Assembly (NCBI RefSeq): GCF_004010195.1
Contig: NC_057755.1
Coordinates: 2,873,498-2,937,497 of the forward strand
Direction: 5' to 3'
Source of the DNA: Chiloscyllium plagiosum
Taxonomy: Eukaryota
Length of the DNA: 64,000 nt
The notes under the pieces were generated by a model, which searched no databases, was not told the DNA's origin, and was given only the letters and a program-made list of their open reading frames with translations. The position numbers were made by a program, and so were the translations under genes. How positions within the stretch are numbered: position 1 is the stretch's first letter; the number at the start of each line of letters is the position of its first letter. This document shows positions 25,411-38,514 of this stretch, one piece after another.

Positions 25411-26022
25411 NNNNNNNNNNNNNNNNNNNNNNNNNNNNNNNNNNNNNNNNNNNNNNNNNNNNNNNNNNNNNNNNNNNNNNNNNNNNNNNNNNNNNNNNNN
25501 NNNNNNNNNNNNNNNNNNNNNNNNNNNNNNNNNNNNNNNNNNNNNNNNNNNNNNNNNNNNNNNNNNNNNNNNNNNNNNNNNNNNNNNNNNNNNNNNNNNN
25601 NNNNNNNNNNNNNNNNNNNNNNNNNNNNNNNNNNNNNNNNNNNNNNNNNNNNNNNNNNNNNNNNNNNNNNNNNNNNNNNNNNNNNNNNNNNNNNNNNNNN
25701 NNNNNNNNNNNNNNNNNNNNNNNNNNNNNNNNNNNNNNNNNNNNNNNNNNNNNNNNNNNNNNNNNNNNNNNNNNNNNNNNNNNNNNNNNNNNNNNNNNNN
25801 NNNNNNNNNNNNNNNNNNNNNNNNNNNNNNNNNNNNNNNNNNNNNNNNNNNNNNNNNNNNNNNNNNNNNNNNNNNNNNNNNNNNNNNNNNNNNNNNNNNN
25901 NNNNNNNNNNNNNNNNNNNNNNNNNNNNNNNNNNNNNNNNNNNNNNNNNNNNNNNNNNNNNNNNNNNNNNNNNNNNNNNNNNNNNNNNNNNNNNNNNNNN
26001 NNCGGAGCACCCAGAGGAAACG
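25411..26022. other. Assembly gap
   Basis: Run of N. Confidence 1.
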
Positions 26023-26023
26023 C

Positions 26024-26135
26024 ACACAGGCACTGGGAGAATGTCCGAACTCCACACAAACAGTTGCCCAAAGCTGGAATCGACCAAGGGTCCTTGGCGC
26101 TGTGAGGCAGCAGTGCTAACCACTGAGGCACCACG
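26024..26135 (-). mobile_element. tRNA-derived SINE head
   Basis: Matches the 5' part of the SINE family. Confidence 0.75.
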
Positions 26136-28718
26136 GTTCCTTAAAGGGCCTATACTGCGCTGTAATGTTCAATGTTGCATGAGTGTAACTTTCATTATTA
26201 GCCGAGTGGTTCCGTAAAGGGTCTGTACTGTGCTATAATGTTCTATGTTCTATCGTCTGACGTCCTTTATTAGCCCAGCTGTTCCATAAACGGCCTGTAC
26301 TGTGTTGTAACGTCCTTTGTTCTATGTGCTCAGTCTCATTTATTAGCCGAGTGGTTCCGTAAAGGGTCTGTACTGTGCTATAATGTTCTATGTTCTATCG
26401 TCTGACGTCCTTTATTAGCCCAGCTGTTCCATAAACGGCCTGTACTGTGTTGTAACGTCCTTTGTTGCATGGGTGTAACTTTCATTATTAGCCGAGTGGT
26501 TCCGTAAAGGGTCTGTACTGTGCTATAATGTTCTATGTTCTATCGTCTGACGTCCTTTATTAGCCCAGCTGTTCCATAAACGGCCTGTACTGTGTTGTAA
26601 CGTCCTTTGTTCTATGTGCTCAGTCTCATTTATTAGCCGAGTGGTTCCGTAAAGGGCCGTAGTGCGCTGTAATGTTCTATTTTCAAAGAGTTCAGCCTCA
26701 TTTATTAGCCGAGCTGTTCCATAAAGGGCCTGTAGTGCGCTGTAATGTCCTATTTTCAATGAGTTCAGCCTCATTTATTAGCCAAGCAGTTCCATAAAGG
26801 GCCTGTAGTGCGCTGTCGTGTTCTATGTTCTATGAGTCTAACTTCCATTTTTTTGCCAAGCTGTTCCATAAGCGGCCGTACAGCGCTGTCGTGTTCCTTG
26901 TTCAATGAGTCGAACTTCGTTTCTTAGCCGAGCGGTTCCATAATGGGACATTAATGCCCTGTGATGTTTTATGTTCTATTAGTCTAACTTGCTTTGTTAG
27001 CTGAGCGGTTGCATAAAGGGCCTGTACTGCGCTGTCATGTCCTTAATGTTCTATGTGTGTAACTTCCTTTATTATCTGAGCAGTTACATAAAGCTCATGT
27101 ACTGCACTGTCATGTTCTATGTTCTGTGAGTCTAACTTTCTTTAGGAGCCGAGGCGTTCCATACAGTTCCTGTACTGCGCTGTAATGCTTTATTTTCTAT
27201 GAGTCTAACTTCCTTTATTAGCCTAGCGGTTTTATAAAGTGCCAGTACTACACTGTGATGTCACATTCGATGTTCTATGAGTGTTATGTGTCTAACTTCC
27301 TTCATCGGCCGAGCGGTTCCATAAAGGGCTTGTACTGCATTATCATAGTCCAGGTTGTATCAGTCTAATGTCCTCTATGAGCCTAGCGGTTACATACAGA
27401 GCCTGTAATGCGCTGTAATGTTTGATGTTCTATGAGTCTCTTCCATTATTAGCCGAGCAGTTCCATAAAGGGCCTGTACTGCGCTGTAATGTTCTATGTT
27501 CTATGAGTCTAACTTCCTTTATTAGCCGAGCCGTTCCATAAAGGGCCTGTACATAATGGGCTCTACATTTTTGTCTAACTTCCGTTATTAGCTGAGCGGT
27601 CCATAAAGCTCTGTACCATACTGTAATGTTCTATGTTCTATGAGTCTAACTTCGTTTATATGCCGAGCACTTCCATAAGCGGCCTGTAGTGCGCTGTCCT
27701 GTTCCATGTTCTATGAGTCTAACTTCCTTTATTAGTCGAGCGGTTCCATAAAGGGCGTGTACTGCACTGTAATGTTCTATGTTCTATGAGTCTAACGTGC
27801 GTTATTAGTCAAGCGGTCCCATAAAGGGCCTGTACTGCACTGTGATGTGCGATGTTCTTTGAGTCTAACTTCCTTTTGTAGCCCAGGGTTTCCATAAAGG
27901 GCCTATACTGCGCTGTCATGTTGTATGTTGTATTATTCAGACTTCCAGTAGTTGCCGAGCGGTTCCATAAAGGGCCTGTACTGCTCTGTAATGTTCTATG
28001 TTCTGAGTCTAACTTCAGTTAATAGCCGAGCAGTTCCTTAGAAAGGGCCTGTACTGCGCTGTAATGTTCTATGTTGTATTAGTCTAACGTCCGTTATTAG
28101 CTGAGAATTTCCATTGAGGGCCTGTACTGTGCAGTAATGTGTTTTGCTCTATGAGTCAAACTTCCTTTATAATCCGAGGGGTTCCATAAACCTGTATGGC
28201 GCTGTAATATTATGTGTTGTACTAGTCTGACTACCCCTACTAGCAGAGGGATTCCATAATGGGCGTGTGCTGTGCTGTAAATTTCTATGTTCTCTGAATC
28301 TAACTCTCATTATTAGGCGTTCCATAAAGGGCCTGTACTGCGCTTTATTGTTCTATGTTCTGTCAGTGTAACTTTAATTATAATCGAAGGGGTTCTATAA
28401 AGGGCCTGTACTGCGCTGTAATGTTCTTTGTTTGATGCGTCTAACTTCCTTTATAGCCGAGCTGTTCCATAAAGGGCTTGTACTGCACTATCATATTCTA
28501 TGTTCTAAGTGTCTAATTGCTGATATTAGCCAAGCGATTCAATGAAACACTGTAATGCTCCATGTTGTATTTGTCTAACTTTTATTAGCTGATCGGTTCC
28601 ATAAAAGGCCTGTACTACACTGTAATGTTCAAGGTTCTATGTGTGTAACCTCCTTTATTAGCTGAGCAGTTCCATAAATGGTCTGTACAGCGCTGTCATA
28701 TTCTATGATCTTTGAATC
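26135..28718. repeat. ~73-bp satellite array (~35 monomers), truncated by a gap
   Basis: Consensus aagggcctgtactgcgctgtaatgttctatgttctatgagtctaacttcctttattagccgagcggttccata; ggcctgt at 27471 and 27544. Confidence 0.95.
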
Positions 28719-29218
28719 NNNNNNNNNNNNNNNNNNNNNNNNNNNNNNNNNNNNNNNNNNNNNNNNNNNNNNNNNNNNNNNNNNNNNNNNNNNNNNNNNN
28801 NNNNNNNNNNNNNNNNNNNNNNNNNNNNNNNNNNNNNNNNNNNNNNNNNNNNNNNNNNNNNNNNNNNNNNNNNNNNNNNNNNNNNNNNNNNNNNNNNNNN
28901 NNNNNNNNNNNNNNNNNNNNNNNNNNNNNNNNNNNNNNNNNNNNNNNNNNNNNNNNNNNNNNNNNNNNNNNNNNNNNNNNNNNNNNNNNNNNNNNNNNNN
29001 NNNNNNNNNNNNNNNNNNNNNNNNNNNNNNNNNNNNNNNNNNNNNNNNNNNNNNNNNNNNNNNNNNNNNNNNNNNNNNNNNNNNNNNNNNNNNNNNNNNN
29101 NNNNNNNNNNNNNNNNNNNNNNNNNNNNNNNNNNNNNNNNNNNNNNNNNNNNNNNNNNNNNNNNNNNNNNNNNNNNNNNNNNNNNNNNNNNNNNNNNNNN
29201 NNNNNNNNNNNNNNNNNN
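28719..29218. other. Assembly gap
   Basis: Run of N. Confidence 1.
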
Positions 29219-29899
29219 GGTGGGTTAGCCAGGGTAAATGTGGGGTGACTGGGATTTGGTCTGGGTAGGATGCTCTTCGGAAGGTCAATGTGGACTTGAT
29301 GGTCCAATGGGCCTCTTTATGCACTCAGAGGGAGTCTTTGATTAGTATGTCTGCATATCCATTTTCGAGGGACTAAGATTGACAAAATTAATATTTCACT
29401 AAACGATAAATAACAATTCTTAAAACTTAAAACTAATTCGGACAGAATTTTCAAATCACATTATTAATCAGTGGGAAATCAGCCATCAAATCAGTTCTTG
29501 TTAAGATACTTCAGAAGAATTATCGTGGACCGATGTCAAATCCTAACATGACAGATAACAACATTTCAATTTCATAAATATATGCAATTATAACACTAAT
29601 GCTGACCATGGAACCATTGTCAATTATTATAAAAACCCTTCTGGTTCACTAATGCCCTTTGGGGATAGCAAACTGCCAGCCTTATCTGATCTGGGCCACA
29701 TGTGACACCAGATCCACACTAATGTTTCTGGTTGCTGAAGGTCAGTAAGCTAACCTCCAGGATTTTACTGCTGGCGTTCGTCAAGGTCATGTATGAGGCC
29801 TAACTATCATCAGTAACTGTATAAATGATCTTCCCTCAACGATAATGTTACAGGTCAGAGTGTTCTGTAATAATTATATAATGTTCAGCAGCATTCTTA

Positions 29900-30580
29900 A
29901 CTCCTCAGATTCTGAAATGCTCCATGACACAGTGCAGCAAGATCCAGTAACATCTGGGCCTGGGCTGACAATTGCAATTAAAATTCACACCACACAAATG
30001 CCAAGCAATTTCCAACTCCAATAAGAGATCACCTAAATAACTCTTCTTGACATTCAATGGCTTTGCTGATGCTGAATCCCCTGCGATCAACAGCCTGGGA
30101 GTTACTATTGAGCTGAAAATGAACTGAACTCACCATGTAAATACAATGGCTGCAAGAGCAGGTCAGAAGAAAAGAATACTGCAGTGAGTAACGCATCTCG
30201 TGACTCAGAAAGGCTCTCCACCATCCAGAAAGCTAACCTCAGGAGTGTGATGGAATAGTGCTCACTTGCCTGGACAAATGTGTCTCCAACAGCTCTCAAC
30301 AAGCACAATGTTGGGGACACTCAAAATCTGAAATGAAAGCATAAAGTATTGGAGAAATTCAGCAAACCTTGCAGTGTCTTGGAGCAAAATACAGAGTTAA
30401 CCTTTTGAATCCAATATAAGGCTTCTTCAGAAGAGTTTAAAAAGGAGTCATTTGGATCAGAAAGATGAATTCTCTTTCCTTCTTCATAGTTGCACCGGGC
30501 CTGCTGAGTTTCTCCAGCATTTTCTCTTTTACAACAAAGTAGTCAGTTTAAGTGGCACTGCATCTTCAAAAAGCAGTGAA
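29900..30580 (+). mobile_element. Degraded LINE fragment (family of 1-540) interrupted by a palindromic insert at ~30330-30530
   Basis: ...ctccaccatccagaaagctaacctcaggagtgtgatggaatag... parallels 1-110. Confidence 0.65.
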
Positions 30581-30590
30581 TCAGCCACTG

Positions 30591-33500
30591 ATAGAACATA
30601 GAACATAGAACAGTACAGCACATAACAGGCCCCTCAGCCCACGATGTTGTGCCGACCATAGATCCTCATGTAAGGTAAAAGGAATATACGAACCCTCAAA
30701 TTTCTGTGACCATATGCATGTCCAGCAGTCTCTTAAATATCCCCAATGTCCTCGCTTCCACAGCTGCTTCTGGCAACGCATCCCATGCTCTCACAACTCT
30801 GCATAAAGAACGCGCCTCTGACATCCCTCTATATTTTCCGCCAAACAGCTTAACACTATGACCCCTCGTGTTAACAATTTATGCCCTTGGGAAAAAGTCT
30901 CTGGTTATCAACTCTATCTATGCCTCTCATTACCTCGTACACCTCAATTAGGTCCCCCTTCTGTCTTCTTTTTTCCAATGAAAAAAGTCCGAGCTCAGTC
31001 AACCTCTCTTCGTAAGATAAGCCCTCCATTCCAGGCAGCATCCTGGTAAACCTCCTCTGAACCCTCTCCAAAGCATCCACATCTTTCCTATAATAGGACG
31101 ACCAGAACTGGACACAGTATTCCAAGTGCGGTCTAACCAAAGTTTTATAGAGCTGCAACAAGATCTCGTGGCTCTTAAACTCAATCCCCCTGTTAATGAA
31201 AGCCAAAACACCATGTACTTTCTTAACAGCCCTGGGTCCACTTGGATGGCAATTTTAAGGGATCTATGTACCTGCACACCAAGATCCCGCTGTTCCTCCA
31301 CACTGCCAACAATCCTGTCTTTAATCATGTACTCAACTTTCAAGTTCGACCTTCCAAAATGCATCACTTCGCATTTTATCCAGGTTGAACTCCATCTGCC
31401 ACCTCTCCGCCCATCTCTGCATCCTGTCAATGTCACGCTACAAACTACAATAATCCTCTATACTGTCAACGACACCTCCAACCTTTGCGTCGTCTGCAAA
31501 CTTGCTAACCCATCCTTCAATCTCTTCATCCAAGTCATTCATAAAAATTACAAAGAGTAGAGGCCCAAGAACAGAGCCCTGTGGAACCACTCACCACTGA
31601 CGTCCAGACAGAATACTTTCGTTCCACTACCACTCGCTGTCTTCTGTCGACCAGCCAATTCTGTATCCAGACAGCTAAATTTCCCTGCATTCCATTCCTC
31701 CTGACCTTCTGAACGAGCCTACGATGAGGAACGTTATCAAATGCCTTACCGAAGCCCATATACACCACATGCACCGCTCGACCCTCATCTACTTGTCTAG
31801 TAACATCCGCAAATAACTCAATACGATTTGTGAGGCATGACCTGTTCCTCACAAAGCCGTGTTGCCTGCATTTAATCAAGCCATGCTCTTCCAGATGATC
31901 ATAAATCCTATCCCTCAGAATCCCTTCTAACACCTTGCAGACTACAGACGTGAGACTTACATGTCTGTAATTGCCGGGGATTTCCCTATTTCCTTTCTTG
32001 AAGAGAGGAATTACATTTGCCTCCCTTCAGTCCTCAGGTATGACTCCGATGGACAGCGAGAATGCAAAGATCTTCGCACGTGGCGAAGCAATCACATGCT
32101 CGCTTCCCAAGGCAGCCAAGCACAAATCTGGTCTGGCCCTGGAGACTTGTCAATCTTAATGTTTGTTAAAATTTTCAGCATGTCAGCGTCCTCAATCTCT
32201 ATCTGTTCTGGAATGCTTACCTGCTCCTCAATGGTTTCATTCACTACAAGGTCCTTTTCTTTCGTAAAGACAGAAGCGAAAATCTCATTTAGGGCTTCCT
32301 CAACCTCCTCAGAGTCTGTACACAAGTTCTCTATGCTATCCCTGATCGGCCCTACTCTTTCTTTGATCATTCTCATATTCTTCACATACGTGTAAAATGC
32401 CTTTGGATTCTTCCTAATCCTTCCTGCTAAGCCTTTTTCATGCTCCTTTCTGGCTCTCCTCAGACCATTTTTCAGCTCCATCCTCGCCTGCCTGTAACCC
32501 TCTAGAGCAGAGCAAGATCCTTGCTTCCTCCACCTTACGTAAGCTGCCTTCTTCCTTTTGACGAGAAGCTCCTCCACTCTCGCCATCCAAGGTTCCTTTA
32601 TCTTACCCTTTCTTGCCTGTCTCAGTGGAACACATTTACGCATCACTCGCAACAACTGTTCCTTAAACAATCTCCACATGTCTATAATGCCTTTTCCATG
32701 GAACTATTGCTCCCAGTCCATGCTTCCACTTCATGTCTGATGGGATCATAGTTTCCTTTTACCCAATTAAATATCGTCCCATTGTGCCTGAGTCGCTTCT
32801 TCTCCATAGCTATGTAGAACGTGAGGCAGTTGTCGTTACGATAATCAAAATGCTCTCCCACCGCGAGATCTGACACCTGCCCCGGCTCATTGCCGAGCGC
32901 CAAATCCAAAATGGCCTCTCCCCTCGTCGGCCTGTCAACATACTGAGTTAGGAAACTCTCCTGAACACACATTACAATACAGCTCCTTCCAAACCATCTG
33001 CTCGAAGGAGGTTCCAATCAATATTGGGAAAGTTAAAGTCACTCATTACAACAAACCTACTACATTCACACTTATCCACAATCTGCAGCTGTATGGTTTC
33101 TTCAATCTCCCTGCTGCTATTGGGGGGCCTGTAGTAAACCCCTAATAAGGTGACTGCTCCATGGCTGCTCCTAATTTCCACGCATACTGACACAGTAGGC
33201 AGACCCTCCTCGACAATGGTAACTTCTGCAGCTGTGATACCCTCTCTGATTAGCAGTGCTACACCCCTCCTCTTCCCCCCGCCATTGTTTTTAAATGCTC
33301 TAAACCCTGGAATATACAGCAGCCATTAGTGCCCCTGAAAAACCTACGTCTCTGTTATGGCCACAACACTATAGCACCAGGTACTGATCCATGCTCTAAG
33401 CTCGTCACTTTTATTCCTGATACTCCTTGCATTAAAGCAAACACGCTTTAACCGATCCCTTGGTTATTTCCCAGGAAATTCCTTCCCACTGGCTGTGCTA

Positions 33501-34565
33501 CCTCTTGCTATTGCCTCATCTCCATCAACTCTCACGACCAGTATATAGCTCAGGTTCCCACCCCCCTGCCATGCTAGTTTAAACCCTCCTGAACCACTCG
33601 AGCAAATTTTCCACCCAGGACATTGGACCCTTCCAGTTCAGGTGCGATCCGTCCTTCTTGTGCAGGTCCCACCTTCTCCAGAAGGCAGTCCAATTATCTG
33701 CATATCTGAAGCCATCCCTCCTACACCAGCTGCGCAACCATGTGTTAAACTGCACCCCTCCCTGCTCCTCACCTCGCTATTTCGTGGCACCGGTAGTAAA
33801 CCCATGAACACTACTCTGTTCGTCCCGGTCTGCAGCTTCCACCCTAACTGCCTGAAATCTTTTTTTATATCCTCGATCCTTTTCCTGCTTGTATCATTGG
33901 TGCCAACATGTAACACGATTCCTGGCTGTTCGCCCTCACCTTTCAGAATCTTTTACAAACGATCGGACACGTCCCGGACCCTGGCACCAGGGAGGCAACA
34001 TACCTTCCGGGAATCCCGATCCTGACCACAAAATCTCCTGTCAATTCTCCTAACAATCGAGCCTCCTACAACTAGCGCTTTTCTATTCTGCCCCCTTAAC
34101 TTCTGGGCCACAGTGTCAGGCTCAGTGCCAGAGAACTGACTAATTTGGCTTTCCTCTGGTAGGTCATCCCCCCAGCAGTATCCAAAACGATATACTTATT
34201 GCTGAGGAGAATGTCCACTGGGGATCTATGCACTGTCTGTCTGTCTCCTTTCCTCTCCCTGACTGTAACCCATCTATCCTTATCCTGAGCCTCAGGAATG
34301 ACCAACTGCCGAAAACTTCTCTCAATTAATCCCTCAGCCTCTCGAATGATCCGCAGTTCATCCAGCAGCCTTGCTATTATATATGATCACTTAATTTCCT
34401 TCCCGGCAGCCCCTCTGGTTCGCGTGACATCCGCCGCTGCTCCCGCTCCTACTGTGGAGGAAAAACACCGCTGTCCACTACCGGTAAGTAATTTTTAAAA
34501 ATCTCCCTTACCTTAGCTTTCGGCTTCCTGGTTCGCCTTACCTCCGCTGCTTCTCCCACTCAAAA
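30591..34565 (-). mobile_element. Near full-length CR1 LINE (5'UTR, ORF1 esterase, ORF2 APE+RT, (ttcta)n-type tail), inactivated
   Basis: LHVGTNDT (ORF1); GVYYRPP, DFNFPNIDW, QHGFVRNRSCLTN, FADD (~31490), LYKTLVRPHLEYCVQFW; 5'UTR similar to 59870-60250. Confidence 0.92.
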
Positions 34566-35032
34566 AGGTTGGTGTTGGTGATCCCTACTGCAGAAAACTG
34601 TGATGAATCAAATGAAGGATCTCTTATCTTCAAAAGTGGATCGGTTTGGGGAGTTGCATATTTGTGACAATCAACTTAGAGTCGGAATATTAATTTCAAT
34701 GGGATGCTGTAAAAAGGGGAGGAGTTGTCTCTTCTGGAGAGTGAGGTATGTGTGGCGAACTCCATTTCCTGTTATTTATTCAATGGATGTGGGTGTCACT
34801 GCCTCAGACAGTAATTACCGCCCATCCATAATTGCCCAGAGGGCACGTAAGAGTCATCAGGTTATCAAGTGCTTGGAGTCACATGTAGGTCAGGCCATGT
34901 TTGAATGAAAAATTATCTTCTCTAAGGGACGTTTGTAAAGGAGATGCATTTTGTTGTCATGACAATTGAAAAGCGTTTAATGGTCACCATTAGACTGTCA
35001 AGTTCAGATTTTGATTGAACTCAGATTTCATT

Positions 35033-35190
35033 GTCGATAGTGTTGTGCTGGAATAGCACAGCAGGTCGGGCAGTATCCGAGGAGCAGGAGAATCGACGTT
35101 TCAGGCATCAGCCCTTCATCAGTAATTCTGTAAATTTCTACCACCACACTCTCGACTCTCATCTTCTGCATTTGCAGTCCTCACTTTCTT
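35033..35190. mobile_element. Miniature Penelope terminal-repeat insertion, inverted partial arms
   Basis: Minus arm with CTGATGAagggctgatgcctGAAACGTC; plus arm ...cacactctcgactct...gcagtcctcacttt. Confidence 0.7.
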
Positions 35191-35975
35191 CTCTCATCTC
35201 CCTGAATGCTTGGCATTGGACTGAATCCATAAGAACAGTCTCTGATACAAAGCAATCATACAATGTATGGGTCTCCCAGAACAAACTGGGGTACAATTCC
35301 GGTGGACCCCATGGAGAGTACTGCTTACACTAAGGAGATCCCCAGCCCCAGGTTTTGCTCCGAATCTGGGAGGAGGATATCCGTTGACAAGGAGAACTGC
35401 AGGAGCCTGGACATCAGGCATGAAGCTTTGCTTCATCTCATGATTTCCAAACCGGAAATTTGCAATGACCAAAACTGCATCCATTCATATTTTACTTGAG
35501 TGGCGGCTATGGTGTACAATCATTAAAATTGCGGGGGGAGTCTATATCAAGTATTAACATTCTTCTGATTGCAGTGGGTATCCAACCTGGGAAATAGTGG
35601 TTGGATTCCCTGCTGAAAACTTCCATGTTTCAGATTGTCATTACGTTCAATCCTGTATAAGTGGGGGTGTGGGGGTGGAGTATAACTGAGAGGGGTGGCA
35701 GTTTGATGACCAAACATTTTTTCATTCACGTTGCAGAGGGCATCCATTCCTGGACACTGGAGGATTCACTGCCCTCTACCATAGTCATACAGTGTGGATG
35801 TGAAATTCTGGAAGCAATCTGAGGCTGCGGAGACTCCACACAAAGTGCAGGAGGTTTGTATTCAATGTGCGTGCTCCGTGTCTCCCATTGATCCTGGGTG
35901 GTTTTGTTTGGACGTTGTGGTCTTATGAGCAACTCCAGCCAGTCAGAGTAACCTGCAAATCAGAAGAAATTAATT

Positions 35976-36104
35976 GTTTAGATCAGAATAGTGCTGGAAA
36001 AGCTCAGTAGATCAGGAAGCATCTGAGGTGCAGGAAAATCAATGTTTCTGGCAAAAGTCCTTCATCAGGAATAGAGGCAGGGAGCCTCTGGAGCCTTTTG
36101 CCTC
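35976..36104 (-). mobile_element. Solo Penelope terminal repeat with 13-bp target-site duplication
   Basis: gaagaaattaatt at 35963-35975 and 36105-36117 flanks the insert. Confidence 0.8.
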
Positions 36105-36139
36105 GAAGAAATTAATTACTACTCCAAAAATATTGAGTG

Positions 36140-36713
36140 TGTATTATGTTCCTGGGAGTTTTTTGATCCTCATGTCATTCCCTGACTGTCTTCACAGTTG
36201 ATTGTTCTGTCTGGTTCACTGGTGAATTTTCTTTTGATCAATTTGTCGCCATTTGTTTTCATCAGATAAAATCTCAGTATTGCACAGAGAAAGCTACGGA
36301 TTACTTCAATGAACATTTGTGGATGAGTTATAGATATATTGAATTATTTATAAAACCACTTCTTCCATTGGTTTTGATTCTCTTTCTCAAAGTTCTGACA
36401 GTCAGACACATCTTCGAGACCATTAAGGCACGTAAGGGACTGAGAGGTCAGACAAAAACAGAGAATGATCTAGAGATAGAGTGCAGAAAGAAATCTATGA
36501 CTTTACTGTTTGCTGCTCTGGATGGTGTGTGTGTGTGTATATGGTTTTGCTTATTACGTGGATGATTTTTATCTCTTTGAACAAATTGCATATATGCTGT
36601 GGAACCTCAGTTGCTGCTCCAATGCAGTGATTTATGTGGTGATACAGAAAAGTTTCAGAGACCAGTTAAAGTATGCAGTGAAATATCCAGTGAGAAAAAA
36701 AATCATTTGGTGA
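36140..36713 (+). pseudogene. Heavily deleted GPCR pseudogene (exon 2 remnant)
   Basis: YYVPGSFL; CSVWFT..FSFDQFVAICF..YCTEK; KPLLPLVLIL..LTVRHI..RKKSMTLLF; MLWNLSCCSNAVIY..VKYP. Confidence 0.88.
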
Positions 36714-37489
36714 ATAAATCCAAGTAACTGAGAGCCAACATGAGCTGCAGCAGATACTGGAATGAGGAGTCTACGTGAGGATTGGTCCGAAAGGCGAAGG
36801 AGGAGCAGCAACATGATGACACTCATTTTCAAATGGGCAAGGACTGACTCCGTCTGAGGAAAAACATGAAAAAGACTGCAGGAGGAATGCCAGAGTAAAG
36901 GAGCAACCGTTACCAAGAAGCAACAGTCAGTAGAAAGCTGAACAACAAAAGCATAACCAAAAATTATCTGTGGCCCCCAAAAAAGTGATCCCTTGCAATC
37001 AGTTTACAGCAAGTGACCCGGATACACTAAAAAGACCTGGAGGAAAGTATCAGCGTTCACTGCAGGGTGAACACCAATGACAGGCTCCTGTCGACTCTTC
37101 CTCATGGAAATCTCTGGTCCACAGATCTGGATAAAAGTTAAAAAAAAAGAGAAGTTTGAACTCCATCTGGTGTTCCATTCAGCTCCCCCCCGGCTTGATG
37201 CTGATATCACTCCCTTTCTTTATTTTTTTTCCAACAATCAGCTGCTGTGTTGATGTGGAATCCAAAGTCCAATCAGAGGGCTCGGGGGTAGTTGGGCTCT
37301 GAAGTTCGGGAATGGGATGTGGGAGATGAGCCGATATCCTCCGTGCTTCTCTGGAAAGGTTGTGTGGCTCTCACTGACTGCACCGAGTTCAGTGGGACCT
37401 GACTCTGGATGAAACCTGTTTGCTTGTGGCTTCATAAGGAAGCTTAAGATCAGTTCAATCCACATCACTACCAAGATGTCTGTTTCCAT

Positions 37490-37750
37490 CGGTAAACCAG
37501 CTCCTAAAACGTTGCTTTCCTCACAGCTCATCATCGGGGAAACAGTCATTCATTCCATTGTTTCCATCTGTAACACAGCTCCTAAATCCACCCCCCTGTC
37601 TCACAGCTCATCATCGGGGAAACAGTCATTCAGTCCATTGTTTCCATCTGTAAACCAGCTCCTAAACTCATCCATCTGCCTCACAGCTCATCATCGGGAA
37701 AACTGTCATTCATTCCATTGTTTCCACCTGTAAAACAGATCCTAAACCAA
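37490..37750. repeat. ~80-bp tandem repeat, ~3 copies
   Basis: cagctcatcatcggg at 37524, 37603, 37684. Confidence 0.85.
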
Positions 37751-37769
37751 TTCCTCTGCCAACTCAGGT

Positions 37770-38295
37770 CTCCTTTCTATCGGAAAGATGTTGTGAAACT
37801 TGGAAGGGTTCAGAAAATATTTACAAAGATGTTGCCTGGGTTAGAGGATTTGAGTTATAGGGAGTGGCTGAACAGGCTGGGGCTGTAATCCCTGAAGTGC
37901 CGGAGGCTGAGGGGTGACCTTACAGATGTTTACAAAACCATGAGGGGCATGGATAGGATAAATAGACAGAGTCTTTCCCCTGGTGTGGAGTAGTCCAGAA
38001 CTAGAGGGCATAGGTTTAAGGTGAGAGGGGCAAGATATAAAAGAGACCAAGGGGCAACATTTTCATACAGAGGGTAGTATGTGTATGGAATGAGCTGCCA
38101 AAGGAAGTGGTGGAGGCGAGTACAATTACAACATTTAAGAGGCATTTGGATGTGTATATGAATGGGAAGGGTTTGGAGGGATTAGGGCCAGGTGCTGGCA
38201 TTTGGGACGAGATTGGTTTGGGATATCTGGTCAGCATGGACGGGTTGGACCGAACAGTCTGTTGCCATGCTGTACATCTCTATGACTCTATGATC
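37770..38295 (+). mobile_element. CR1 LINE 3' end
   Basis: Matches 47040-47530. Confidence 0.85.
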
Positions 38296-38514
38296 ATACA
38301 CTGACTACAGTGACCTTTACAGGCATGTTGTCCTCCATATTCTCAATTTTACTTTCTCACTCATCTATTCAAAATGTTCCAAAGTCATCCATTGATTTAT
38401 TTTGCTTTCTTGGACTGGTGTACATTATGTTTTGTAAAATCTCTATGAAAGTGTAAAATATTCTGCTGGAGTGTAATAGTCAAAGATATGACAGATTTCA
38501 TAGAATTTAGGCAT

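Noticed and set aside
25252..29324. Long ORFs of 180-308 aa
   Set aside because: Artefacts of translating N gaps.
35200..35950. Possible host exon or L1/Tx1 fragment
   Set aside because: Only a faint resemblance (PELY..FWE on the minus strand); not supportable without a search. 36720-37480 and 55480-55690 are likewise unassigned.
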